Shown one piece after another: positions 1-10,853 of a stretch of 64,000 nt of DNA; within the stretch, counting starts at the first letter, position 1; every line of letters starts with the position of its first letter. The position numbers were made by a program, and so were the translations under genes. The notes under the pieces are model-generated. The model saw nothing but the letters and a program-made list of their open reading frames with translations. It was not told the DNA's origin and did no database searches. Origin of the DNA: Cyanidioschyzon merolae (taxonomy: Eukaryota); assembly GCA_000091205.1 (NCBI GenBank), contig AP006490.2; one strand, written 5' to 3'.

Positions 1-1
1 A

Positions 2-847
2 GAGCGGCTCGCTCGCGAATGGCAGATAGCGCGCGCCGGCCTGCGAGCGGCGGTCGCCCAGGCACGTCTGGAGGTCGAGGCTGCGCTGCGCGATGCTGCC
101 TCGAGATCCATTGCGAGTTTGCGGTACTTTACCCACTGGCATCGTCAGCGTGAGGATGAAGCACTCGCTCCTCACCATGATCTTGCAGCGATGATGACCT
201 CACGGGATGCTTCGAAGGAAACTAGCGCCGAACTCGATCCGAGCTCGACTGCAGGTCGTTCTGCTCCAGAAGAGACGGCGCTCGTTCGGGAACTCGAGCA
301 GCAATTGATCGCGACGAAACTGGCACATGCCGAATCCGAGGACAAACTCGAGGAGCTTCGACGTGCGCTTCGAGAGATGCAAGGTCGTTTGCTTCGCGAG
401 CAGCAGCGGACCGTACAGCTCGCGCAAGAGCTTTCGCAACTCCACGGGCAGCAGGTTGTCACGGCAACGCCAGCGGCAACAGCAGCAGTAGCGGATGCGC
501 TACATCATCGCACGACGGGTAGTACGCAAAGCAACGCTGCCGAACTGGTTTCAGGCGCATCAGAAAGTAGACTGTGGAGGCGGTTCTCTGCATTAGATGA
601 GACGCGCACCATCGACACGACTGCCGCGCGAGAGCAGCACGCTCATAGAGAAGGTGCCAATGAAGCTACTGATGCTGCTGCTCGCCGTCGCGCGTTCTCT
701 GTATCGAACGACGCGTCGCTAGCGAGCGGCGCTGGCGACGTATCAGCCACTCAACGACGCTCTGTAGAGCATGCGCGTTCTCGGCGTTTTTTCTGGAATC
801 GACGTCATCGAGCGAACAGCCACACAGAGCCTTCTTCATATGGGTAA
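2..847 (+). CDS. Coiled-coil protein, 5'-partial. The frame is open from the window edge through the annotated Met at 119.
   Basis: Frame 2 has no stop from nt 2 to 847. Heptad-like Leu/Glu/Arg/Gln-rich sequence (ELEQQLIATKLAHAESEDKLEELRRALREMQGRLLREQQ). No recognisable enzymatic motif. Confidence 0.5.
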   Translation, partial: ERLAREWQIARAGLRAAVAQARLEVEAALRDAASRSIASLRYFTHWHRQREDEALAPHHDLAAMMTSRDASKETSAELDPSSTAGRSAPEETALVRELEQQLIATKLAHAESEDKLEELRRALREMQGRLLREQQRTVQLAQELSQLHGQQVVTATPAATAAVADALHHRTTGSTQSNAAELVSGASESRLWRRFSALDETRTIDTTAAREQHAHREGANEATDAAARRRAFSVSNDASLASGAGDVSATQRRSVEHARSRRFFWNRRHRANSHTEPSSYG

Positions 848-1220
848 AAAGGAAACGCGCATCGTGCAGTTCCGGATGAGATTGGCAAGCCGCCCCCGCA
901 CCTGGACGCGTAACGTACGTGGTGCCGCTGCCGCCGCCGCAACAGCAGCAGCGAGCATGCCCTGAATACGCTACGCATCGCTCCGAATCAGAAAAAGAAC
1001 AGAAATGGACCACGAATTACCGGTTAGAGAATCGTATCTTTCCTGCTATACGGTTCGCGTTGACCGGTTATTCGAAATTTTACGTTCTAGGCGGAATGCT
1101 CCGCTAGCAGGACGAGTCTGCCAGGATAATGTTTCGTGCTCCCGCCAGCGACAGGTGATGTAGCGAGACATGAACAACTCGTCCGCAACGCTCTTTATTC
1201 TGCGACTAGGGACAGTTAAG

Positions 1221-1775
1221 GTGCGTATGGGCGCCGCCCATGTTGCAATTATCTCCTAGCATATCGCTTCGCGCTGCCTGCAGCAGCGCGTCTGCCTGCA
1301 CAGCTTGCAGGCTCCGAAAATGATAAAGAATCCCGACTCCGTATCAGGTGAAGCGTTCCTCGATCCGACGCTCTCATTGGTATGGCAAAGCCGCTCTGTC
1401 TCTGTGCTGCATCCGTGCCAGAGGCATTGGCGCTATTGCTGGTGCTCAAAACAGGTACTCTGCGCAAGACGGAACGCACGGAACGACCATTATCTCTGAG
1501 GGGCATTGTGCATACTGGAACTCGGACGTAGTGCTACGCATGACAGACGCTTTCACCAGCACCGATATCCATCACGTAACCTGGAGCTCCTTACACAAAT
1601 ATATCAACGTTCTGTCGATCGAAATCGATATTCTCTCAGTATCTCCGAGAGGATGGATGGGTAATGGACCTTGAACATACCGCGAAGCATGACAGGCGCT
1701 TTCACGGACACCGATACTCATCACGGAACCTCGAGTTCCAAATCCAAATATATCAACGTTCTTTCATGTAAGAAA
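1221..1775 (+). repeat. Dispersed repeat family R1, copy 1. Its ~85-bp 3' module is tandemly duplicated (~1540-1612 and ~1689-1762).
   Basis: Alignable by eye to 42489-42885. Shared blocks: ..atgggcg(c/t)cgccc.., ..tagcatatcgcttcgcgctg.., ..cagcttgcaggctcc.., ..gggtaatgga(c/a)cttga.., ..gacgctttc.. . Confidence 0.6.
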
Positions 1776-1794
1776 CAGGATCGCCCCCGAATCG

Positions 1795-1846
1795 ATGATG
1801 ATAATGATGATGATGACGTGCAGCCCGCCGCCGCCGCCGCCGAAGA
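1795..1846. repeat. Simple-sequence tract: (GAT/ATG)n followed by (GCC)n.
   Basis: gatgatgataatgatgatgatgacg, then gcccgccgccgccgccgccg, read directly. Confidence 0.8.
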
Positions 1847-1995
1847 TCTCTGCACCCAGATGCCGTAGGGCAGCTGCCTGGAGGCAAAGATTTCAAATGC
1901 CCAGGAGCCTGTTCTGGAGGCCGTCGTGCCTGTTAACGCCGCTTCCTGGACGGTGTTCCGCGGTGACCCTAGCATCCAAGTTGGGAACACCAGCA

Positions 1996-3342
1996 ATGCA
2001 ATGGGGAAAGTTCATAGATGCGTTCGGGAAACCGATTGAGAGAACTTCGGCGAAAGCAGTTGTTGAGGAGCCGTTTTCCACGGCGAGGCGCAGTGCAACC
2101 GTAGCGGCTGAGGCGAGTCCAGAGGCAGCGGGCCGTGGAGGAGCTTTCGACGAAGCCCTGAAACTTGTTCAGGACCTCGAAGACCAGAACGAGTGTTTCG
2201 ATGGCTCCAAAGTTGAGCAACTGTGGTTTTTGCTGCGTACAGGCATACTGGATAGGTGTAAATACGCACTAGATTCGGAGACGTCCTCGAGCTGTGGCGG
2301 GCTCAACGCCTCGGGACAGTGCCCGTATTGCCAAAGCCTTGACGCTATCCGGCCAGACTGGGAGAGGTTTTCAGCTTTGTTTCGTCAACTTTCGTTTGGA
2401 AGCAGTGCTGGAAGGTGCACAAATGACACTGCGTCACCGATGAGTGTCACGAGTTGCCGTGCACCGTCGAACATGCAACAGGTGCTTCGTGATTCAAACG
2501 ATGTTCACGACGCAAGCACCGAACTACAAGAACGACTCGAAAGTTTGTTGCTATATCGCGACGTTTTTCTCGCCCACGCAACGCAGGTCGTTCGCGCCCG
2601 CCTTGAAGAGCGGGCGGCATTGCAAGAGGCGATCGCTGGCAAACGCGACCTCATCACAAAGTTGCGGAAGCGAATTGCTGAGATCCAGCGATTGGGTTTG
2701 CCTCGGGAACCGCAAGTTCCTCTGACAATGCCAAAAAACGAGGGCACGCCTCGCGATGCGCATGAAGCGACTGCCTCGCCTGTCGCACTAGACGAGTCCA
2801 TCGACGACGCAGGCGTTGCCGGGAACAAGTCCCCAGCAATCGGTACAGGACCTCTGCCGATGATGCATAACGAGCTGACACTTTCAAATGATGATGCCCT
2901 GTCGTCCGGAGCGTTCTCGTTATCTTCAGCTCGTTCGGGTTTTGTGAGCGAACATGTGCGGGTCGCGAAAACGACCCACGGCGACAAGGTGTCTTCAGTG
3001 GCAGAAATCACGGCGTTGAACAATCTCGCGAACGTTGCTCTACAGCGCCTGCTGGGCTCCGAATCCCCGAGCGCCGCCCCGACTGCGGTGGTATGCGGAA
3101 CCTCACCGCATGCATTCAACGCAGTCAGCGCGGATGTGTTACCAGTGCGGAATGTGCTCAGGGCATTCACCCGACACCCCGAAGGCGTACCCATCTCCGA
3201 GCTGCCAGCAATGATGCTCCGAGAGACCGGCGATCCCGTGGTAGCAAATGAGATCGTGGAGTCGCTTTTGAACGCTTGCGTCCTGGAATACGATGAAAAC
3301 TACACCAGCGTACGACTTTTTTCTGAATTTCATCTGGGGTAG
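1996..3342 (+). CDS. Hypothetical protein with a coiled-coil middle region.
   Basis: Long ORF. The first ATG after a low-complexity leader is at 1996 (MQWGKFIDAFGK). The track's earlier start at 1795 (MMIMMMM) lies inside the microsatellite. No diagnostic motif recognised. Confidence 0.45.
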   Translation: MQWGKFIDAFGKPIERTSAKAVVEEPFSTARRSATVAAEASPEAAGRGGAFDEALKLVQDLEDQNECFDGSKVEQLWFLLRTGILDRCKYALDSETSSSCGGLNASGQCPYCQSLDAIRPDWERFSALFRQLSFGSSAGRCTNDTASPMSVTSCRAPSNMQQVLRDSNDVHDASTELQERLESLLLYRDVFLAHATQVVRARLEERAALQEAIAGKRDLITKLRKRIAEIQRLGLPREPQVPLTMPKNEGTPRDAHEATASPVALDESIDDAGVAGNKSPAIGTGPLPMMHNELTLSNDDALSSGAFSLSSARSGFVSEHVRVAKTTHGDKVSSVAEITALNNLANVALQRLLGSESPSAAPTAVVCGTSPHAFNAVSADVLPVRNVLRAFTRHPEGVPISELPAMMLRETGDPVVANEIVESLLNACVLEYDENYTSVRLFSEFHLG

Positions 3343-4113
3343 TATGCGGACACCCAGGCTCCCCGGTTATTCCCGAACCGATTTGTTTACGAGATAGGAT
3401 CGATGTATCGATCCAGGGATCCCCCGATGCGCGTTGGTGATCGGCTGCCAGCGAAGCGATCACCGATCTGTTCCAGAGCTCTCGGAATGATGCCTTGCCT
3501 CGTGCGGCCGACCTCCCGGGGAAGAGCTTGTTTCACGCGCACCCATACCCACGGACGACTTCTCCAATGTCAAAGACAGGCCTGAGCTAGATTCACAACT
3601 CAAGTGTGGTGTTCGATTGGCATTCGCGATCACCTGCAGCGTTGGAGAGGTGCGCTCGCCCAGGACATATCGCCCGTTTTGCGTGCAAGTATCGATTAGC
3701 TGGGAACTGCTCCTGCAGAACGCGGAAAACGGCCGCCAGTAACGCATTTATTTGTTGCAAATTCCGCTTGTTCAGAGACTCATTCGGGACTATGCTCCGA
3801 ATCCCTTGTATCCAGGACGAATTCGGTGGCTGTATCTACTTACAAGATTCACTCTAGAAATCGCTGAAACGTGCGCAAGAATGACGCTGCCCGACACGCA
3901 AGTCGAGCGCAAGGCGAGCATTCTTCCGTAGACAAGCAGCAACGCCCGGCATCCGTCGCGCGCGTTACCACAGCATCCGATAAGCAGGTCAGTTGCTACG
4001 CGAGCATTTCGTCATTGGCGTGCAGTATCCACCTGCAAGCGTCAAGCGGATAGCGAAGCGTCATGTTGGGGATCCGCATAGCGACGATACCACACTGCTT
4101 GCTTCTGGTTTCT

Positions 4114-5364
4114 TCAGATTTGCAGGAAAGGATGTTCCAGCACTTGCACCGCTGCTGGACGACGAGCTTCGCAGTAGTCCAGAAGCCTCTGAACCAGATC
4201 GATGGCCTGTTCTATCACGTCCTGATCCACGTCGTTGTTCCAGCATCGATGAATTCGAGCAGCTATGTTATCAGAGCCGTGGGGAGACGACACGCTCTCG
4301 GTATGCGATGCTGGTGCAAGCGGCTGCTGCTTGAAGCACTCTGGCGGATTCCCCAGCAGGTCGAACACCGTCTTCAGCGATCGTAATTCACTCATCGCCG
4401 TGCCAGTGCCGCAATCGAATACCGGCTCACCGGCCTGGCGAAATAGCAGCTCGAGAAGCACACATCCAGCTGCCCAAATGTCACTCGACGGGAGCCGCCG
4501 CGTCTCCCCGAAATAGAGCTCCGGTGATCGCATTGGCGCATAAGTCAAGGTCGGTGACGAGGCCCCATCTGCGTCAGTGTTCGCACTGCATCTGCGCAGC
4601 AACGAATAGTCGCAGAGGAAAAAAGTCTCCGCTTGGGGTAGGCGACCAGCTTGGAGCGACAAGCCAAGCGCTTCCGGATCCACCCGCGACAACACGTGAT
4701 CCAGTCGAATGTCACGATGGACGAATCCATGCGCGTGCAGATGTGCCAGTGCGCTGAACAGTGCCCGACACACCACCCGAATGAGCCGCAGCCATAGCGA
4801 ATCTGATACAAGATTCTGATCTCTTTGGAAGAGATGAGCAAGTGGATAGCCCCGCTCCATAACGAGTGCCAAATCCGGCTCGACGCCTTCAGATCCCAAT
4901 CCAGCTTCATTCGCTTCTTCTGGGAAACTCCATGGCAACCAAGCAATGCATTGCACCAGATTTGGATGCGGTGGTATCTGCGAGACGAGTTCTCGCTCCC
5001 GTTCAGCATAGTCGATTGGCGCCGCGTTGGATGACGGTGCATTCCATAAACGCCAACGTTCCAGTTCATGGTTACGCGCAAAAGGATAACGGTGCAGTCG
5101 TTTTATAACGAACTGGCTGTCGGAAGCTCTCGAGACAGCCAACCAGACTTCACCATAACTCCCTTGACCTAGCAACTCGACGAGCTTAAACGTAGCAGGC
5201 GAAGCGAACGGCACGTCCAGGCTGGAGGCACGCGGCGTTGCCGGCAGTGATCCGGGTTGCACGGCCTCTTCGGAAGGATGCTCCTCCGCATGTCTTTCCG
5301 CAAACATGGTTTCTGAATCATATTCATTGCAATCGGTAAACTCTTGGCCTCCTTTGCTTGCCAT
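4114..5364 (-). CDS. Divergent Ser/Thr protein-kinase-like protein, possibly a pseudokinase.
   Basis: Glycine loop LGQGSYGEV, the FVIKRL lysine and an HRD motif are present. The catalytic loop reads HRDIRLDH (K->R, N->H) and DFG is replaced by DYS. The track start at 5475 is a TTG codon; the first ATG is MASKGG at 5364. Confidence 0.7.
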   Translation of the reverse strand: MASKGGQEFTDCNEYDSETMFAERHAEEHPSEEAVQPGSLPATPRASSLDVPFASPATFKLVELLGQGSYGEVWLAVSRASDSQFVIKRLHRYPFARNHELERWRLWNAPSSNAAPIDYAERERELVSQIPPHPNLVQCIAWLPWSFPEEANEAGLGSEGVEPDLALVMERGYPLAHLFQRDQNLVSDSLWLRLIRVVCRALFSALAHLHAHGFVHRDIRLDHVLSRVDPEALGLSLQAGRLPQAETFFLCDYSLLRRCSANTDADGASSPTLTYAPMRSPELYFGETRRLPSSDIWAAGCVLLELLFRQAGEPVFDCGTGTAMSELRSLKTVFDLLGNPPECFKQQPLAPASHTESVSSPHGSDNIAARIHRCWNNDVDQDVIEQAIDLVQRLLDYCEARRPAAVQVLEHPFLQI

Positions 5365-5794
5365 GACACCAGTGTCGGGCTGTGCATGAAGGTTTCTTCC
5401 GCGGAGAAGACGCCTGCTCGCCCCAGCTCTTGTTCCGCAGCGCTCAAAGTCCAGCAAACCGCGCCTTTGTGTCAAAGCGCTTCTCTATCCTAGAAGTAAG
5501 GACCCCGCTTCGCGATGTTGAACGTCATCAAGGCTCACTCCGTCTTCCGTAACGCTGCAGCGCCGTGTCGCAGCGGCACGGCAGTTGCCAACCCGTCCGC
5601 TGCCGTGCGGAACGCGTCGGCGTTGATCCTCCGCTCAATAGCATCGTACCTGTTCAGGAAACGAACGAACGCTACATACCAGGTCAGCGGTGCGCTCAGA
5701 ACACGTCGAGTGGGGCGAGTTTGCAATCAAGAACAAGGCTCTCGCTGTTCGTAAAAGTGCTTTTTTACCACCGGCACAGTGCATTAGACCGCTC

Positions 5795-7030
5795 ATGTTC
5801 GCTCTTGTACCCGAGTGGGCGACGCGGAGCCGTTTACGCTTCTGTGGCTGGGTTTCGAGACCAAAACGTAAACCATTCGACGCCCAAGTTCATATAGAAA
5901 GGATCAGAAGTACCACAATATCCCCTACGCGTACTGTACGACGTCGACAGATACAGAGGGTTTCGCTTCGAGCGCTCGCTGGTCGAAACCAACCATCAAA
6001 AGACGCGCCTTCTGCGGAAACTGGAGGCGTCTTACCGCTGGCGACCAGTGCCGTGTCGGACATCTGGGAACTTGACTTTTACTCGCGTCCAGTTGTTGGT
6101 GCGGATGGCAAACGTTTATGGGAGCTCGTTGTTTGCGACCGGGATGGGAGCTTTGTGCACGTCGAGGCTTTCCCCAACAACATGGTCAACTCACGTGAAC
6201 TAGCGCGTGCCGTGAAAACACTTATCGAAGAGTCGAGCGTCAGACCACGAATCATCCGATTCTTCCGAGCTCAGATGCGTAACATGATTCAGATCGCCAT
6301 GCAGAATATCTCTGGGGTCGAGACGCGACCAAGCCGCCGAACGTATGCGCTCTTTCTAGCCCTCGCGTACCGCGAACGGAACGTATACCCGCGCTTACCA
6401 GGTTATGAAGGTAAGTCGATTGGAATCGGTAATCGCAGTGGTACACGGGGTGCGGAGCTCTCGCTCGCTGAGAGCATTGGGAATATGCTGAAAACGCCGG
6501 TGGATCTGAAGGTGGCGGCACGCTTGCCCGATGAGCTCCAGGGGGATCGTTTCGCTTTCGTAACCATCCTCCTGAGGGATGTGACGCAGATGAATGCAGC
6601 CGGCTTTGGTGAACTATGTCCAGTGTCTCTATCTGCTGAAAGCATGAACTTGGATATCCAGATGCGGACGTCTGGCAATGCGGGGTCAACGCAGAGCGCT
6701 GCCCTGGACCTGGGAGCCCCGAGCCCGGAAACACTGGTTCCTGGGGTGGTGATTTACAGTCGTCGGGCACTGCCGCTCGCAGCGTGGTTTAGTGGTACGG
6801 AACTTGCCTACATCATTGCAGATGAGCAGCAAAAAGAGATATATCTAGAGTGCGGCCTCGACGCGGCGTATCTCTTTGCCCGAATCCAGCCGAGTCTCGA
6901 GGCAGAAGCGCGGGCGTTTAACGAGGCGAAGAAAGCTGCTCGCGGTTTGCATTTCCTGGCGATCCAAGAGAAACCCGATGATGAGGATGTGTGTGGATTT
7001 TGGCTGCTGCGTGATGTAGCCTATCTCTAG
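5795..7030 (+). CDS. TAB2: Tab2/ATAB2-family (DUF1092) RNA-binding protein with an N-terminal organellar transit-like extension.
   Basis: Family hallmarks: WELDFYSRPV..DGKRLWELVVCD, FPNN, IRFFRAQM, RALPLAAW, GLHFLAIQ, DVCGFWLL. The track start at 5690 is GTG; the first ATG at 5795 gives MFALVPEW... followed by an Arg/Ser-rich leader. Confidence 0.85.
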   Translation: MFALVPEWATRSRLRFCGWVSRPKRKPFDAQVHIERIRSTTISPTRTVRRRQIQRVSLRALAGRNQPSKDAPSAETGGVLPLATSAVSDIWELDFYSRPVVGADGKRLWELVVCDRDGSFVHVEAFPNNMVNSRELARAVKTLIEESSVRPRIIRFFRAQMRNMIQIAMQNISGVETRPSRRTYALFLALAYRERNVYPRLPGYEGKSIGIGNRSGTRGAELSLAESIGNMLKTPVDLKVAARLPDELQGDRFAFVTILLRDVTQMNAAGFGELCPVSLSAESMNLDIQMRTSGNAGSTQSAALDLGAPSPETLVPGVVIYSRRALPLAAWFSGTELAYIIADEQQKEIYLECGLDAAYLFARIQPSLEAEARAFNEAKKAARGLHFLAIQEKPDDEDVCGFWLLRDVAYL

Positions 7031-7849
7031 TGCCGGACGGGGGCTGTTTTTTGTTCCACCCGTGGACACCAGGAATAGATTCCGCAACAGGTTGCGCTTG
7101 CGATAGCGCGGAGGCATTCGATAGCTTTATCTCGTGACGCTGATTCAAACAGTGGTTTCGGGGGCGGGACAACAAAGTCGTATGGGTGCGCCTGAAGCGT
7201 ACCCAGGGTTTCCCCGGGTACGCTTCACGAATTGGCGCTTCTGTAGCCGGTGGTTGCACTCGGAGCTAGCCAAAGTCGCGGACAAGGGTGCGTTCCCGAA
7301 AAACCAGCGATCGCCATTGTCGATGAATCCGCGGGCATATTACCGAGAACAAAACCTCGACGATGCAGAGGTGCTCCTTCTATGGGTATAGAAAAAGTGT
7401 CGTCCGGTGATAGATGTTCCATGCATTCGACTTGCATTCTGGCCTCTGTCGTTGCAATGAGACGGAAAACACTGGTTGTCCGAGCAGCGGCGCTACCCTG
7501 CCAGGATTTCCATGTAAAGCCTGACTGTGGTTCCGAATTCAGGGAATACTGCAGAAACAAGGATCATCGCCTTTGGTCTCATCCCACGATTGGCAATCGC
7601 TTGTTTCCCCGAAACCGAAGACATGCTGTTTGCAAGCCAGAACCCTCGGGTAAATGTCCATGGTCGTGGCAAGCCTGGCGGCAAAGGTGCTGAGGCAGGC
7701 ATCCCTTGAAGCAAGGCCCTTGTAAGCATCGTGATGCAGCATGCTTGACGCCTCTGTTTGTCGTCAAGGTCGGTTCCGTCGGAAACGTTTGGTGCGTCCA
7801 CGTGCGAGGGCACGACATCCGTGTCGGATTCAGGTGGGAAACTGAACTA

Positions 7850-8110
7850 CTGGCTCTGTTCCAGCACTTTGATTTCTTTCGAACTTTATGATAGATGCAT
7901 AGTCTTGGCATTTGCAGTTCAGTGGCAGACGCTCACAGATTCATTCGTTTTTTACGGAATTTCGGTCGTCACTTTGGCGTGGTTTCTGCGACGGTTCGCT
8001 GCTGCAATTCGATACGTCACAGGAATCAAGGTGATTCGCAACGCCGTCGAACAAGCGTTCATAGCGTAACCGGTATCATTATAGAACCCATGTGTGCGAG
8101 GCCCCACGCT
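7850..8110 (+). repeat. Dispersed repeat family R2, copy 1.
   Basis: Alignable to 18940-19185 (+) and, in part, to 45150-45270 (-). Shared blocks: ..gattcattcg.., ..gctg(c/g)aattcg(a/g)tacg.., ..ggaatc(a/g)a(g/t)gtgat.. . Confidence 0.55.
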
Positions 8111-10853
8111 TCTATGTTGCTAATGTATAGGTTGCTAAAAAAAGCGCATTCATCGAACTCTTAATCTTCTTGTTTGAAGGAAGTTCATGAACCGAGTAAT
8201 TCGCGCGGCTTCATTGACGTGGACAGATGCTCGGTGTGGTCCAGTGACAATTCCTTCACCAGCTCTTACAGAAAGTTCACTGAAGTTAACATTCCGACTG
8301 AAGGATTTTCTTCAAAGGACGAATCCGCTGGAATTTTATGGCCATCGAAGAAACGGCATTCAATACCAGCGTGATACCTCTTACAGGATATGCTCGTGAA
8401 GGCTCCTGCCTCCCCTGTGTCCCTGGACAAGGGTCTCGAACTTGATTCATCGCAGCGAGCGTTTCCAAGGGAAAGCGCGTCACCGCTTTGCCAGACGGTA
8501 GATGAGACGGACTGAAAATGGCCGACTTGTTCTCCAGTCTTGATTTCCCTTCCTGTTCTCATTTCGTCACCGATTACATCGCGTTCTGCTGTACCCTTAT
8601 CGAACGGAACAACGCGCGCTTGCGCGTGCAGCGGTGAGCACGCTAACCAGTGTCATCGCCCAGATGAAGTACGTGGTCCCCGGGGTACGGCAACGGGTGC
8701 GGAAACCGAACAACGCATTCAGGTCAGTATCCTGGACCAAAAAAGGAAGTGTAGCAAGGTTTGAAGCGTGCATTTACACCCGAAATGTCGGGCCTCCAAC
8801 CAGGTGGTGTTCTGAGCTTACGGAAGCATCTGACCACAGCCATGTGTTACCCTTACAAAATGCGCTTCGTGACTGTTTACAAAGGAGATGCATCGGCAAA
8901 CGAAGTGTAGATGCAGCTTTTGCATCCGCATCGGACCCATGGTCGAGCGTTGGAATCGTCGAAATCGACATTTATCGCTGTGATCAACGTCTTACGACAA
9001 CTGATAACATCGCTGGGGATGCCTACGAAATTGAGGTATTCAAAGCCCGACACAAGAGACAAAATGGAAGCAGTCGCAGCAAATCCCGCAAAGGCTAGTT
9101 ATTCATTGCAATCGGATGTGATCCAGGCCTTAGAGAGGACGCCTGCGTCACAGGACCCATCCTGTTTTCTTCTGACACGAATGTTGGCAAGCGTTAATTC
9201 ATACGAGCAGCGCTCCCGCGGATTATTGGATCCAGCACATCCCGTTGGCTGCTCGTTTGTGTATCTGGCACAAGGGCATGTGTCGAAAGCGTTGGTCGCG
9301 CGAGGGACTCAACTTGCGTGCTTCCGACTGAAACCAGGGGCGGCAGCCGTACCGAAATGCAGCCTCTCTTCTCAGACGGGCGGTTGGTTGTGCATTTGCG
9401 CACGACGATGCACTCGTGGGCGTCTGGGCCGAATCCAGCACGCTTCGTGGGGCGACGAATTCCTTCTGGCTACCGCGGCATCGCTCTAAAGCTTTGGAAA
9501 AGTAGCATTGCTGACTCTGTTATATGGTCATGCATGAACACTTGCAGCTTCGGCACTAGGTTGAGGACTCCAATTGCGGTATGACTTGCATTGTGAACTC
9601 CGCTGGACCTTGAAGAGCTTTATGTTGCATAAATCGTCTTATATCCAGGGACAGATGCGCGCCGATCCAGTCGATGACCTCTCGTACAGCTCCCTCCTTT
9701 CAAGCAGATTGCACCGGGATCTGGGGGCAACGTCCGGATAGATTTGGAGGAACCGTCCTCGTTCCTCGCGCTGCCCAAAACATCGACCGAACCGTCAAGT
9801 CTCTGCTCACAGAGGAATACCGGTCTTCAGATGGTGAAAAGCGGAAGCGGAACCATGCGTACCCCGACGGCCGGCTTCGGGTGCGTACCAGTGGGAGTCC
9901 GCCTCGTTCCATCGATCCGACGTCGTGATCTGGTGCTCTATACAACAACCAAACTGATCTGCTCCAAGTGTGTCCGCATAGAATCAGTTGTGTCTCGGTG
10001 AACAGAACACGTTTGCTTCAGCACTTTGTTTCCATTGTGCGGTACGGTGTCGACGCGAATACGCCACCAGTCTCTGCACAAGGAGCGCCAATCCTGCCAC
10101 GCAGTAGGAAACGCATGCCAGGCATCGCAGCAAAGCCGGCGCATGCGTATCATTTTCTGTTGGACGGCACCCGCGGATCCAGGTTGTCGAGCGCACAGTG
10201 ACTGGGCATCTTGCCAACTGGGCCGTTCATTCTGCACAAGTTTTCTACGAGGCCGCATCTCGTTCGAGACGGATTTCAGCCCGGCATTGCTGCTTCTTCT
10301 CGACAGAATGAAGCTCGGTGTACCACACCGCTGTTCCACGTCGTTGCCCAGACGGTACCTCCATGGTTGCCGCGATTCTTCGACGAGTTATCGTCCAGCT
10401 GTGGGTTCCGCGAAAAGCGCACGCCAGAAACTAGTCCTCTTCGCGCTATGCGTTCTGATGCATAGCATGCAACCAGTTACGGCTTCCGCATTCAAAGTTT
10501 CCCGTTCATTCCGAGGATCTCGTACAATCACAGTACCGCTCAGCCGATGGAAGCACACGAAGAAGCTTCTGCATGGTGCACCCATGCAGAGGCAGTCCGG
10601 ATGAGGAACTCAGCGAGTTTCGGGATCCTACACCGTGTGCTTGTGACGGCATCATGTCAGGTGGCGCGCTGTTGGCGCTGCCGCCCATTCACCAGAAAAC
10701 GAATGGCCAGCATGGAACGGATTTCGACGCACGGGCTGTAGACGATCTGTTGCCATAGATGCGCTAATGTTAGTACTGTTTCCGTAAAAGCGCTGTTAGA
10801 GACTGGTTACCCTTCGTAGAGGAGCAAGACGCTGCGAGGCTTTGGGCTGACTT

